Source of the DNA: an uncultured Planctomycetaceae bacterium
Lineage (GTDB): Bacteria; Planctomycetota; Planctomycetia; Pirellulales; PALSA-1355
Assembly (NCBI GenBank): GCA_963702015.1
Contig: OY969698.1
Span: forward strand, 1,137,935-1,161,934
Length of the DNA stretch: 24,000 nt
Reading direction: 5' to 3'
Shown: positions 1 to 8,772 of the stretch, piece after piece
Position numbering within the stretch: position 1 is the stretch's first letter
Layout of the letters: each line of letters begins with the position of its first letter
Made by a program: the position numbers and the translations under genes
The notes under the pieces: generated by a model
What the model was told of the DNA's origin: nothing
What the model saw: only the letters and a program-made list of their open reading frames with translations
The model's database searches: none

Positions 1-1155
1 GTCCGGGCCAACCAGCGCACCAGTTCGACCGCCGGTTCGCAGCAGAAGCCGAGCAAGACGCCCAGCAGGCCGCCGGTGGCCGAGAGCACGACGGTCTCGC
101 TCAAAAACTGCTGGACGATGTCTCGCTGTTTGGCCCCCAGCGCGCGGCGAATGCCGATTTCGCGCGTTCGTTCGGTCACCGTGGCCAGCATGATGTTCAT
201 GATGCCGATGCCGCCGACCAGCAGCGCGATGCTGGCGATCAGCACCAACAGCACGTTGAACATCATTTGCAACACTTGCGCCTGCCGCAGCAGCTCCTTG
301 GGAACGATCACTTCGTAGTCGACGTTGGTGTGGAATTTTTCCAGCAGCGTCTTGACGACGTCGGCCGTTTTGTCGACATCGTCCAGACTGTCGACCGTGG
401 CCGTGATCTGGCTGAGTTGCACCTCTTCGGCCTCGAAACTGCCGGCACGCATCGCTACCACGCGGTCGCCAATTCGCCAGCGCAACGTGTCCAACGGAAT
501 GTAGATGTCCCGATTGTAATTCTGGCCCGAGAAGCTGCCGCCGATGTTGCCGCTCGACATGCGGTGCTCGGTCTCGCCGATGACGACATAGGCCTTATTG
601 TCGATCTGGACCCTTTCGCCCAGCGGGTTTTCGCCGGGGAACAGCGTGCTGGCGGTTTCCTCTCCGAGCACGCAAACATTTTCGGAATGCTCGCCGTCGA
701 AATCGGAAATAAACCGGCCGCGGGCCAGCTTCAGATTGGCCAGCCCCAAATAGGCCGGCGTGCAACCGACCAAACGGACGTCGAGTTTCCGGTCGAGATA
801 GTAGGCCTCTTTGCGGATTTCGCGCAAGGGAGTCGCCACGCGCACGGTGGGAATCTTGGTGATCCGGTCCAAGTCGTCGCGCAACAAGCCGTATTGCAAA
901 ACGCTGAAGAACCGGCTGCCGGTGCCGCGCTTCGATATCGGTCGTCGGCTTGACGCCGTGGATGATGATGTTGTTGGCGCCCAGTTCCTTGATCTGTTGC
1001 TGGGCCTGATAGCTGACGCCTTCGCCCAGCGCCACCAGCCAGATCACGGCGGTCACGCCGATCAAAATGCCGAGCACCGCCAGGCCCGAGCGCAGCTTGT
1101 GCAGCAGCAGGCTTTTGAGTCCCAAGCGCAGGGTTTGTAAGAATCGCGGCGACAC
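1..1155 (-). CDS. ABC-type efflux permease, MacB/FtsX family. Permease only, with no fused ATPase. The 3' end runs off the window. One frame break near 938.
   Basis: GTG start at 1153-1155. N-terminal TM segment from track ORF 595..1155: MSPRFLQTLRLGLKSLLLHKLRSGLAVLGILIGVTAVIWLVALGEGVSYQAQQQIKELGANNIIIHGVKP. After a 1-nt shift, a frame open to position 1 reads RGTGSRFFSVLQYGLLRDDLDRITKIPTVRVATPLREIRKEAYYLDRKLDVRLVGCTPAYLGLANLKLARGRFISDFDGEHSENVCVLGEETASTLFPGENPLGERVQIDNKAYVVIGE, followed by the FtsX-type C-terminus LLVLIASIALLVGGIGIMNIMLATVTERTREIGIRRALGAKQRDIVQQFLSETVVLSATGGLLGV. That frame is missing from the ORF track because it has no stop inside the window. Confidence 0.85.
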
Positions 1156-1229
1156 GAGTCTGGAAACTACTCGAAGTGGATGGAGGGAAGAGAATCAAAC
1201 CGACGCGCGGCCGGTTGCCGGCAGTGCGG

Positions 1230-1432
1230 TCACGGACCACCGGGACCGCCCGGGCCACCACCGCCGCCTTCCATTTGCTTGCGGCGCGCCTGCAGCGGCG
1301 GCGACTTCCTTGGCGTCGATGAAGCCGTCGCCGTTGGTGTCGATTTTGTCGAAGAAGTGCCTGCATCTGCTCGGGGGCCTCGTCGCGGCTGACTTTTTTG
1401 TCGCCATCCTTATCGAGTTCCATGATGTTCAT
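1230..1432 (-). CDS. EF-hand pair (two canonical Ca2+-binding loops) ending in a Gly/Pro tail. It is either a separate small ORF or, more likely, the C-terminal extension of the adaptor upstream. Read through 2-3 frame breaks.
   Basis: Minus-strand reading: MNIMELDKDGDKKVSRDEAPEQMQ / HFFDKIDTNGDGFIDAKEVAA / LQARRKQMEGGGGGPGGPGGP*. Frames change near 1365 and 1300, and the TGA stop is at 1230-1232. Loop 1 DKDGDKKVSRDE lies at 1379-1414 and loop 2 DTNGDGFIDAKE at 1307-1342. Both fit the 12-residue EF-hand loop, with D at positions 1 and 5, D or N at 3, a hydrophobic residue at 8 and E at 12. Confidence 0.7.
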
Positions 1433-3006
1433 TCCGCGGCCGACCGCCGCGTTTGCCCTTCTCGCCGGCTCCCGCTTCCGGTCCGCTCGACTTTTCGGCG
1501 GCACCGGGCGGGGGCGCATCGCCGAATCGTTGTTTGACGTCGACCGCCGGCGCGCCATCGTCATCGTCGCGGGCTTCGGCCACGATGGCGCGTGGATTGA
1601 GGATCACGACGTCGCCTTCGGCCAGCCCGTCTTTGACTTCGATCTCGATGTTGTTGCTCATTCCCAAAACGCACGGGCCGGCGCTGGTGGCGGCCGCCAG
1701 ACGAGCACCCAGCAGTAGGTGTGACCGGCTTGCTCGACGACGGCTTCGACCGGCACGGACGAGGACGCCGGTGAGTTCGGCCACCAGGATTTCGACGACG
1801 GCGGTCATGCCGGGCCGCAGGCCCGACGACTCGCCGTTGATCTTCACGATCGTGGCGTATTCCTTCACGGTCGACGAGGAACGGATTCGGTTCGGGCTGG
1901 TTGGCCACCGAGGCGACCGTTCCCTGAAATTCGCGATCTTGCACGCGCAGGTTGGCCCGCATGCCGATGCGAAGTTGATCGACTTTCGATTCGTGGACGG
2001 GGATTTTGACCTGCATGCGTCCCAGATCGGGCAAGCGGATGATCGATTGCCGCTCGCGCACGGCGGCCCCTTCCTCGATCTGCACGGCTTGCTGGCCGCG
2101 TTGTCCGCCAGGCTCGTTGGCATAGATGACCATGCCCGTTTGCGGGGCACGGATGACGCACTTTTCCAATTGTGTCTGCAGCCGCTTGAGCCGGGATTCT
2201 TCCAGTTCGAACGCGGCCTCCTCGGAGTGCATCTTGGCTTCGGCCGTGTCGCGCTTGCTGACCAGATCTTCCTCGGTCTTGGGCTTGGTGAATTTCTCCA
2301 AGACCTCCTTGGCCAGCCGGGCGGTTACCAGGTCGAGCTTGGCCCGCTCGACGGCAAATGCCCGAGCGTCGCGCTCCAGGCTGGTGACATAACCCTTGCG
2401 CGCCATTTTCTGGGCAAATTGAAAGCTGTTTTCCGCGCTGCGCAGATTCTCCATGGCGACGGTGATCGCGACGTCGGCGGTTTGCACCGCTTGCAGATAG
2501 GTTCCTTCGCTGTACTCCTGCACCGCGATCTTGGCGGCCGAGAACGTCTTCTCCGCTTCGATCTTCACCGCCAGCGCTTTTTGGTAGGCAATCTCCTGCA
2601 GGCTCACCTGTTCTTCGAGCAGCGACGGAATCGAGCCGCACCAATTCGTCTCCCTCGTTGACCTGAGTGCCGTCGGGCACGAGCCACAAAATCGTGCTGC
2701 CGCCCGCCACTTCGCATTTGACGTCGATGTTGCTTCGAGCTTTCGACATTGCCCGAGGCGGTGATCGTGACCAGCAGATTGCCCCGGGCCACTTTGCGCG
2801 TCAGCTCGTTGCGAGCTGACAACGGCTTCGCCGAGGAACGATCCCTTCAGCCCATAGGCCGAAGCGGCCACGACCGCCGCACCGACCAGCAAGCGTCAGC
2901 AGCATCCGCCAAGGCAGACGCCAGCGGCGCAGTGCGCTGGCAGCGGGCGGCTGCGAGCCGGCTCGCGGCGCGCGGGATCGACTCGAGGAATGGTTTCGGT
3001 TGCCAT
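1410..3006 (-). CDS. Periplasmic adaptor / membrane fusion protein, HlyD/MacA family. Heavily frame-disrupted as sequenced (at least 10 breaks).
   Basis: ATG at 3004-3006. The composite minus-strand reading runs in this order:
- MATETIPRVDPARREPARSRPL
- TM helix LLVGAAVVAASAYGLKG
- NELTRKVARGNLLVTITASGNVESS
- NIDVKCEVAGGSTILWLVPDGTQVNEGDELVRLDS
- a long coiled coil, SLLEEQVSLQEIAYQKALAVKIEAEKTFSAAKIAVQEYSEGTYLQ ... ERAKLDLVTARLAKEVLEKF ... ESRLKRLQTQLEKCVIRAPQTGMVIYANEPGGQRGQQAVQIEEGAAVRERQSIIRLPDLGRMQVKIPVHESKVDQLRIGMRANLRVQDREFQGTVASVANQPEP
- VKEYATIVKINGESSGLRPGMTAVVEILVAELTGVLV
- VPVEAVVEQAGHTYCWV
- GMSNNIEIEVKDGLAEGDVVILNPRAIV
This is the lipoyl / coiled-coil hairpin / beta-barrel order typical of membrane fusion proteins. 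Confidence 0.85.
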
Positions 3007-3074
3007 CAAAAATGCCTAAGCGGGGGGATCGGGCCGTGGGAAGGTCGCGTGACGGATGCGGCGCCAGCACTCTC

Positions 3075-3103
3075 ATTCTCAATCCCACCGCCGATGATTT
3101 CAA
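3075..3103 (-). promoter_or_regulatory. Candidate sigma70-like promoter for the adaptor-permease genes.
   Basis: On the minus strand: TTGAAA (3098-3103), a 17-nt spacer, then GAGAAT (3075-3080), about 70 nt upstream of the adaptor ATG at 3006. This is a motif match only, and Planctomycete promoter rules are poorly known. Confidence 0.25.
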
Positions 3104-3251
3104 GCTCGCGCGACGGCCAGAAGGCTCGCATTGGCCGAGAAATGCGGCGGAAATTGCCGGCTTACCCAGAGTGACAAAGCGACTCGAACGGTCCGCTCGA
3201 CCGCACGGCCAGACCGGCTCAGCAGAAATCAGACAGGTTTTTGAGTCGTCT

Positions 3252-3296
3252 GGCCGCGGCCGGACACGGTCGATCGAACGTGCCACGGCCGCGGCC
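3252..3296. other. Strong GC stem-loop in the untranslated spacer between the OMP and adaptor genes. The 10-bp self-complementary GGCCGCGGCC occurs twice.
   Basis: GGCCGCGGCC at 3252-3261 and again at 3287-3296. With G3262:C3286 this gives an 11-bp perfect stem and a 23-nt loop that contains the palindrome CGATCG. Confidence 0.6.
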
Positions 3297-3432
3297 CAAC
3301 GGCGTGAAGAGCTTCCTATTCTGGTGGTCACGCCCGGCGACCGAGAACCGCCACGCGGCGGCCGATGGCCCCAATTGGCCGCTGGACAATCGGCACAGTC
3401 GCTACCGTCGCTCGGCCTGCCCCCCCGCGCGG

Positions 3433-6321
3433 CTACGGACCGGGAGGTCCACGTCCGAACAACCCCACCCGCTCGGGATTGCGGCGGTACCAGGGTGGTG
3501 GCTGCTCGGGTTCGGGGGGCTCGGCCGAGGAGTCGAACCAGGTCCGGCGGCGATTCGACGTGCTGCCGCCCGGAAAAATCGCATCCGGCGGAGGCGTCTC
3601 TTCGCCCGGGGCACGCGGCGGAACATTTTCCTGCAGCGGCGGCTCGGGGAACATTTCGTTCGATCGCCGGCCACTCCTGGTCTTCGATGTCGACCCGGCG
3701 CGAACCGCATCCGGGCGGCAGCGGTTCGGCTTCGGCATCGCCTTCGATGTCGACTTCGTGCAGCCAGTGATTGGGGATCGGCGGAGGCAGCGGACAAAGT
3801 TCTTCTTCGAGCCAATCCGACTCGTTCAGCGGCCGATCGATCCACATCCCTTCGTCGTCGAGCTCCATGATTCCCAGATCGCGATAGAGCATCATCCGGG
3901 TTTCGTAATGATTGAGCCAGGCGCTCATGAAATTGTTCTGAGCGTTGCGCAAGTCCGACAGGGCGAAGAGCAGGTTTTGCGCGGCGGTCGGCGGAAGCAG
4001 TGGGGCTGTCGCTCCGACCGCAACCGGCTCGGGCGGCTGATTGAGAAGCTCGCGCGTCTGGTCGGCGCGACGGACGGCGATCACCATCGCCCGGCGCTGG
4101 ATCTCGAGCAGCAACTCCAATTGTTTGAGCGAGCGCAAGTAGTTGCGCATGACTTGATAGATCGAGTCCTGAAACTGGATCAGGCCGCGGCGGGCCTGCT
4201 GATAACTCATCAACTGGGCGCGGAAATTGTTGCGCTGCAAGCGGCGGGTCAACGGGGCGGAGAACTGCACGCCGACGTCCGCGGTCTCCGGTCGATCCTT
4301 TGAATCGAACCGGGTTGTTGTTGGTCGTGTTCAGCGCGCCGCTGAAGGTCAGATTGAGCCCGGATTTCAACTGGTTGGCGTTGTAGTAAATCAACCGCCA
4401 GGTATCGACCACGCCCATGCGGTTATTCATCCAATCGAGCCGGTTGGCGCGGGCGATATCCATGGCCCGCTTCGGATCGAGATCGATCTTGGGCAGACTG
4501 ACCGCCTCGAGCCGAGCCCGGGCTTGCACCAACGACAGCTTCCTGGGTCATGCCCGACAGAGTGCTGGCCAGCGTGACCAGATCGTCGGCGCTTTTCGAC
4601 GGATCGGTGTCGGCCAATTCGCGGGCGGCGTCGAGATCGGCCTCGGTCTTGGCGAAACGGGTTTCCAAATCACTCAGACCTTCGGCTCAGCTTGTCGCGA
4701 TCCTCTTGCAGCCGTTTGCGGCCGCGCTCGTCGAGGAGTTTGAATCGCTCGGGCAAGGCCTTGTCGAGCCGATCGAGATCGGCGTGTGCCGACCGCGAAC
4801 CGTTGCGCCCACGCGGTCGCGCAATTGGCCGATGACCTGGACCGATTTTTCCAGATGAGATCCCGATCGGCTTGTGCGGCAGTTCGCCGAGCAGGTCGAT
4901 GAAATCGTCGATCTTGTTCCAGCAAGTGCGGTCGTCTTGGGATCGACCAGGCGAAATTGCTCGATCATGCTGTCGTCCAATTCGACCGGCATGTTGGGAG
5001 GCAAGCCCAGCGTGCCGGCTTTGAAAACGTCGAGCGTGTTGGCCAGGTTGACCTGGGCGGCAGCAGATTCGACCGCTCGCTTTCAATGTTCTGGCGAAGC
5101 AGGTCGACCTGGGTGATCTCGATCGTTCCGGCCTCCTGATGGGCTTCCAGCATGCTGAGGCTTCGCAATTGAGCGTTGAGGCTGGCTTCGGTGTTGCGGA
5201 TCTGTTGCAGTTGCTGGAGCATGCCGACGAAACCGCCGACCTGGCCCGCGTTGCCGACGGCAAAGCCGGCCGCCGCCGCCGGCGGCGGCGCCGACGGCAC
5301 CCGCGGCGGTCGGCGTTGCGGCCGCCAAAGTTGACGACCTGGCCCAACTGGCCGAAACCGCCGGTGCCGGTGCCGGAGAAGCCGGTGAGACCGGTGCCGC
5401 CGGCAAAACCACCGTCGCGCTGCGGCCCGCTGACGTTCGTGGCGTCGCCGATGACCACGTTGGTGTAAAAGCCCTGGCGATAGCGCTGAAAAGCACGCAA
5501 GTTGGCCAGCAATTGGCGTTCGACGATGGTCAACGGCTCGAGGATGTAGCCCCGACCGCCGAATTGCAGCAGCGGCTGCATGAAGCTGAAATTGAGCAGC
5601 GAGTGCGTCTGATTCGTGTTCGGTCCGGCAAACTGCCAGACGAACGAGTTGGCGATGCCGACCGTCAACGTGCCGCCGGCGGCGAACATCTTTGTCAGCG
5701 TCGGATTGGTGGCGGTCGTCAGCGTGCTGGCTTCGCCATTCGGCGGATTGCGGTCCGCTGGTCAAGAAGCTCGTAGTGTTGGTCGTGTACAATTGCGTGA
5801 CGAATTGGAATCGTTGCGAGCTGACGTCGAGCGCCGAGATGTAGAGGGTCTCGAGGTTCGTGCGATAACCCGACGAGTTGATGATTGCCGCGCGAACCGC
5901 CGACTCGGCCGAAAGAATGAGCTTGTCGTCCTCGGTGAATTCGGCATATTCGTGCATCTGTTCTCGCCAGTTCGGCGCTTCGAGTCCCCACCAATCGCCA
6001 TAGACATGCCAACAGGGCCAGCCGGCCATGCGGTTGACTTGATGCATGTATTGGTGTGCCACCGGATCGTCGAACGGCATTGCCGGGGCGTCGGGACTGG
6101 TCGGGTCGAAATATCGACTGCGTGGGTCGAGATAGCTAGGAAAACGGGGCATCGTCCAGCCCAGATCGGCCGCCTTTTGCCCAACCAAAAAGTCGACTTC
6201 CCGGTCGGCCGCGAATGCGGTAGAACGCGCGCGAACAGCCACCCGACGGCGCCAGCAGCAGTGGCGTGGCCAGCAGTGCGACGATCAACAATCGCAAACG
6301 GGTGAGAGAGATTCTGGCCAT
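3433..6321 (-). CDS. Very large TolC-like outer membrane efflux protein (composite of about 960 codons) with a signal/lipoprotein-like leader. Frame-disrupted as sequenced (at least 10 breaks).
   Basis: ATG at 6319-6321 (upstream GTG at 6333 is an alternative). Leader: MARISLTRLRLLIVALLATPLLLAPSGGC. Composite pieces, in order:
- FAADREVDFLVGQKAADLGW
- SAESAVRAAIINSSGYRTNLETLYISALDVSSQRFQF
- GTLTVGIANSFVWQFAGPNTNQTHSLLNFSFMQPLLQFGGRGYILEPLTIVERQLLANLRAFQRYRQGFY
- LQQLQQIRNTEASLNAQLRSLSMLEAHQEAGTIEITQVDLLRQNIESERS
- LVQARARLEAVSLPKIDLDPKRAMDIARANRLDWMNNRMGVVDTWRLIYYNANQLKSGLNLTFSGAL
- QFSAPLTRRLQRNNFRAQLMSYQQARRGLIQFQDSIYQVMRNYLRSLKQLELLLEIQRRAMVIAVRRADQTRELL
- LSDLRNAQNNFMSAWLNHYETRMMLYRDLGIMELD
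The duplicated pattern of strands and long helical hairpins is typical of OEP/TolC proteins. The stop I chose is 3433, the end of track ORF 3433..3738. Confidence 0.75.
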
Positions 6322-6443
6322 CGCGTTTAGCACATGGCGTGGTGGTCGGTTCGCCTGCCTGCGGCACGCTCCAGGCGCAAGGGCGCCTGTGGAATGCCCA
6401 TCACCGGTCCGCCTCTAAATTCGACCCCGACCGGTGGCAGACT

Positions 6444-6472
6444 TTAACGATTGCGCAGTCCTTAACGATTGC
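6444..6472. repeat. Tandem direct repeat TTAACGATTGC x2 (18-bp period) in the divergent promoter region.
   Basis: Identical 11-mers at 6444-6454 and 6462-6472, relatively AT-rich against a GC-rich background. They lie between the OMP start (6321, minus strand) and the methyltransferase start (6643, plus strand). Confidence 0.6.
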
Positions 6473-6642
6473 CGCGACTTTTCCGTCGCTAGCATGGCGC
6501 CGCCGCGTATTGCGCCATACCTGCGCCGCAGGGCTGGGGACAGCTGATAGAATGGGGACCTTTGATCCGCAAGCAGCGGCTCATGTCGAGTCGGCCGCCG
6601 TCGCGGACGGCAATGCTGACGACGGTTTTGACCAGTACGTTC

Positions 6643-7443
6643 ATGCAATACGTCATCGAATCACTCGACGATCCGCGGCTGGTTGCCTATCGCCACCTGA
6701 AGGAGACCAACGCCACTCGTTGGGCTCAGCGGTTCGTGGCCGAAGGCGAGAAGCTGGTGGTCCGGCTTTTGGCTAGCGGCTTGCCGGTCGAGTCGCTGCT
6801 GGTCGGCCAGCGTCATGCCGATCGCTTTGGCCATCTCGCTGGGCGGGCGACGGCGGTCTATGTCGTTCCCGACGCTTGGATCGAGCAGATTGTCGGCTTC
6901 GACTTTCACCGTGGCGTGCTGGCCTGTGGCCAGCGGCCGTGCATGTCGGCGACTGTGCAGACTTGACGGCGCCGACCGGAGCCCAGACGACCGTGGTCGT
7001 TTGCCCGAACGTGCAAGATCCGGAAAACCTGGGCGCGATTCTGCGTTTGAGCGGCGCGTTCGGCGTCGATGCGGTGCTGCTTGGCCCCGACTGTCCCAAT
7101 CCCTTTTCGCGGCGCGTGCTGCGGGTGTCGATGGGAGCGGCTTTCGCTCTGCCGATTGTCGAAGCGGACGATCTGGAAACCGAACTGGCGGCGTTGGCCG
7201 ACGCAGTGGGGCTGCCAGCGCTGGGCGACGGTCCTCGATGCGTCGGCCGAACCGCTCGCCGGCCTGGTGCGGCCGGCGCGGCTGGCCCTGCTGCTGGGCA
7301 GCGAGGGGCACGGCTTGGGGTCCCGCTGGATCGCCCACTGCGACCGGCAGGTGACCATCCCCATGCGGCCGGGGACCGACTCGCTAAATGTCGCGGTCGC
7401 CACGGGAATCTTTTTGTATCAACTCGGCCAGATGGCCAACTGA
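6643..7443 (+). CDS. TrmH/SpoU-family RNA 2'-O-methyltransferase with an N-terminal substrate-binding domain. Two frame breaks, near 6940 and 7230.
   Basis: The reading is MQYVIESLDDPRLVAYRHLKETNATRWAQRFVAEGEKLVVRLLASGLPVESLLVGQRHADRF ... YVVPDAWIEQIVGFDFHRGVLACGQRP, then TTVVVCPNVQDPENLGAILRLSGAFGVDAVLLGPDCPNPFSRRVLRVSMGAAFALPIV, then LALLLGSEGHGLGSRWIAHCDRQVTIPMRPGTDSLNVAVATGIFLYQL. These are SpoU motifs 1-3. TGA stop at 7441-7443. The start could also be an upstream in-frame codion-free choice is not implied: the alternative start is an upstream in-frame codon of ORF 6562..6966. Confidence 0.8.
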
Positions 7444-7530
7444 TTGATCCGGCGTCGCGCGCCATGTGTCCCTCCGACCAGCGGCAGCCGAGCGGTGCTC
7501 GCATCGCGGGCGCAACGAACAGCGAGAGAC

Positions 7531-8326
7531 TCAGGCAGCGTTGGGTCCGTGGGCTTGGCGCCAGAAATAGTAACTCGCCAGCACCACGCCGATGCCTACC
7601 ACGAGCCAGCGGACCAGCCGCCGGTTCATCCGCCGCGAGACACGAGCGCCGGCATAACCTCCGGCGATGCCCGCCATGGCCATCGCGCCGGCGAAGGGCC
7701 AGTTGACCGTGCCGTTGGCGACGAAGACGACGACCGATGTGGCGTTGATGATCGTTCCCAACACGCGACTTGAGGGCGTTCATTTCGTGAATGTCGCTCA
7801 GCCCCATGACGGCCAGCGACGTGAGCATCAGAATGCCGATTCCCGCGCCGAAATAGCCGCCATAGATCGCGATCAAGAACTGCAGGACGACCGCTCCCAG
7901 AGCACCCCTTGCCAGGAAATCTGCGTTCGCGGGCGGCCGATCCCCGTCAGATGGGCCACCAGCGGTTGCACGGCAAATAGCAGCGCGGCGGTCAGAATCA
8001 GCCAGGGGACGGCCATTTTGAATGACTCGGGCCGCAGGACCACCAGGGCCGAGCCGATGAATCCGCCCACCAGGCTTGGGCCGGCCAACAGCAAGGCCCA
8101 GCGCCGGATCGGTGCTAGTTCGCGGCGATAAGCCCCAGATCGCGGCCAGCGAGGCCGGGACGAGGGCCACGGTGCTGGTGGCATTGGCCATCACCGACGC
8201 GCCGGCCGAAGTCCCAAGCGCCGCGAACAAGGCCGGAAACGTCAGCAGCGTGCCGCCGCCGGCGATCGCGTTGATGGCGCCGGCCGCCACGGCCGACAGG
8301 CAGAGCCAAAAGTAAGTTTCAAACAT
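7531..8326 (-). CDS. TauE/SafE-family (DUF81) anion/sulfite exporter. Three frame breaks, near 8130, 7935 and 7770.
   Basis: ATG at 8324-8326. The reading runs in this order:
- MFETYFWLCLSAVAAGAINAIAGGGTLLTFPALFAALGTSAGASVMANATSTVALVPASLAAIWG
- YRRELAPIRRWALLLAGPSLVGGFIGSALVVLRPESFKMAVPWLILTAALLFAVQPLVAHL
- ALGAVVLQFLIAIYGGYFGAGIGILMLTSLAVMGLSDIHEMNALKS
- LGTIINATSVVVFVANGTVNWPFAGAMAMAGIAGGYAGARVSRRMNRRLVRWLVVGIGVVLASYYFW. Confidence 0.8.
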
Positions 8327-8611
8327 CGGGAAGGAACGGACCGTGATGGGGACCAGGAGCGGGACCGTACTGCCCTTCGGACCGCGGTGAGCCGCACAGC
8401 GCGGCCAACACTCGGCAGGCCAGCGATGCGCGCCGGCGTGTCGGGCAGGCGGTTAGTATGCCAGTTGCCCGATCGGTTGCCAAAGGGCGATGCTCGAGGG
8501 ACAAGCGGGGTAAAGGGATGGCCGCGGCCCGGCGGAAGCCGTGGGCGGCTGGCGATTTCCCGATGTTTGACCGTGCCGTGGAGCGGCTTTCGGGCTTGAG
8601 ATGCGTCGGCC

Positions 8612-8641
8612 TTGACCCCAGCGCGCATCGACTCCTATACT
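8612..8641 (+). promoter_or_regulatory. Candidate sigma70-like promoter for the TPR-protein / rluD pair.
   Basis: TTGACC (8612-8617), an 18-nt spacer, then TATACT (8636-8641). This implies a 5' UTR of about 125 nt before the ATG at 8773. Motif match only. Confidence 0.35.
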
Positions 8642-8772
8642 TTCGGTTTGGCAACACGCCTCGCGCACCGCTTTTGTTGCGGCTCGATCGAAGCGTCGTT
8701 TCCCGTATTTTTGGGCGCGGCATCGTCGGCCCTTGCGATCGCCGCTCGGGCATTGCTGGTAGGATTCCTAGC

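Noticed and set aside
1453-2661. 402-codon plus-strand ORF. Similar cases are 267..953 (+), 20421..21473 (+), 18150..19202 (-) and 9768..10595 (-).
   Set aside because: All of these lie opposite genes that carry clear family motifs: adaptor, permease, FG-GAP, ThrE and RluD. Their translations are Arg/Gly/Pro/His-rich with no domain signatures.
3000-3770. 256-codon plus-strand ORF covering the OMP-adaptor spacer.
   Set aside because: Its content is Arg/Pro/Gly-rich and non-protein-like. It overlaps the OMP C-terminal coding region in antisense, and I found no supporting motif.
5271-5290. Perfect 20-bp GC palindrome, CGCCGCCGCCGGCGGCGGCG, considered as a possible regulatory or recombination site.
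   Set aside because: It lies inside the Gly/Ala/Pro low-complexity coding segment of the OMP and is explained by codon repetition (GCC/GGC). It is more likely a hotspot for sequencing or replication slippage than a functional site.
6435-6454. Sigma54-like TGGCAG ... TTGC. A second case is GGCAG-TTTTTGC at about 17805-17817.
   Set aside because: The GG-to-GC spacing is about 17 and 10 nt respectively, instead of the required 12. Neither fits the -24/-12 geometry.
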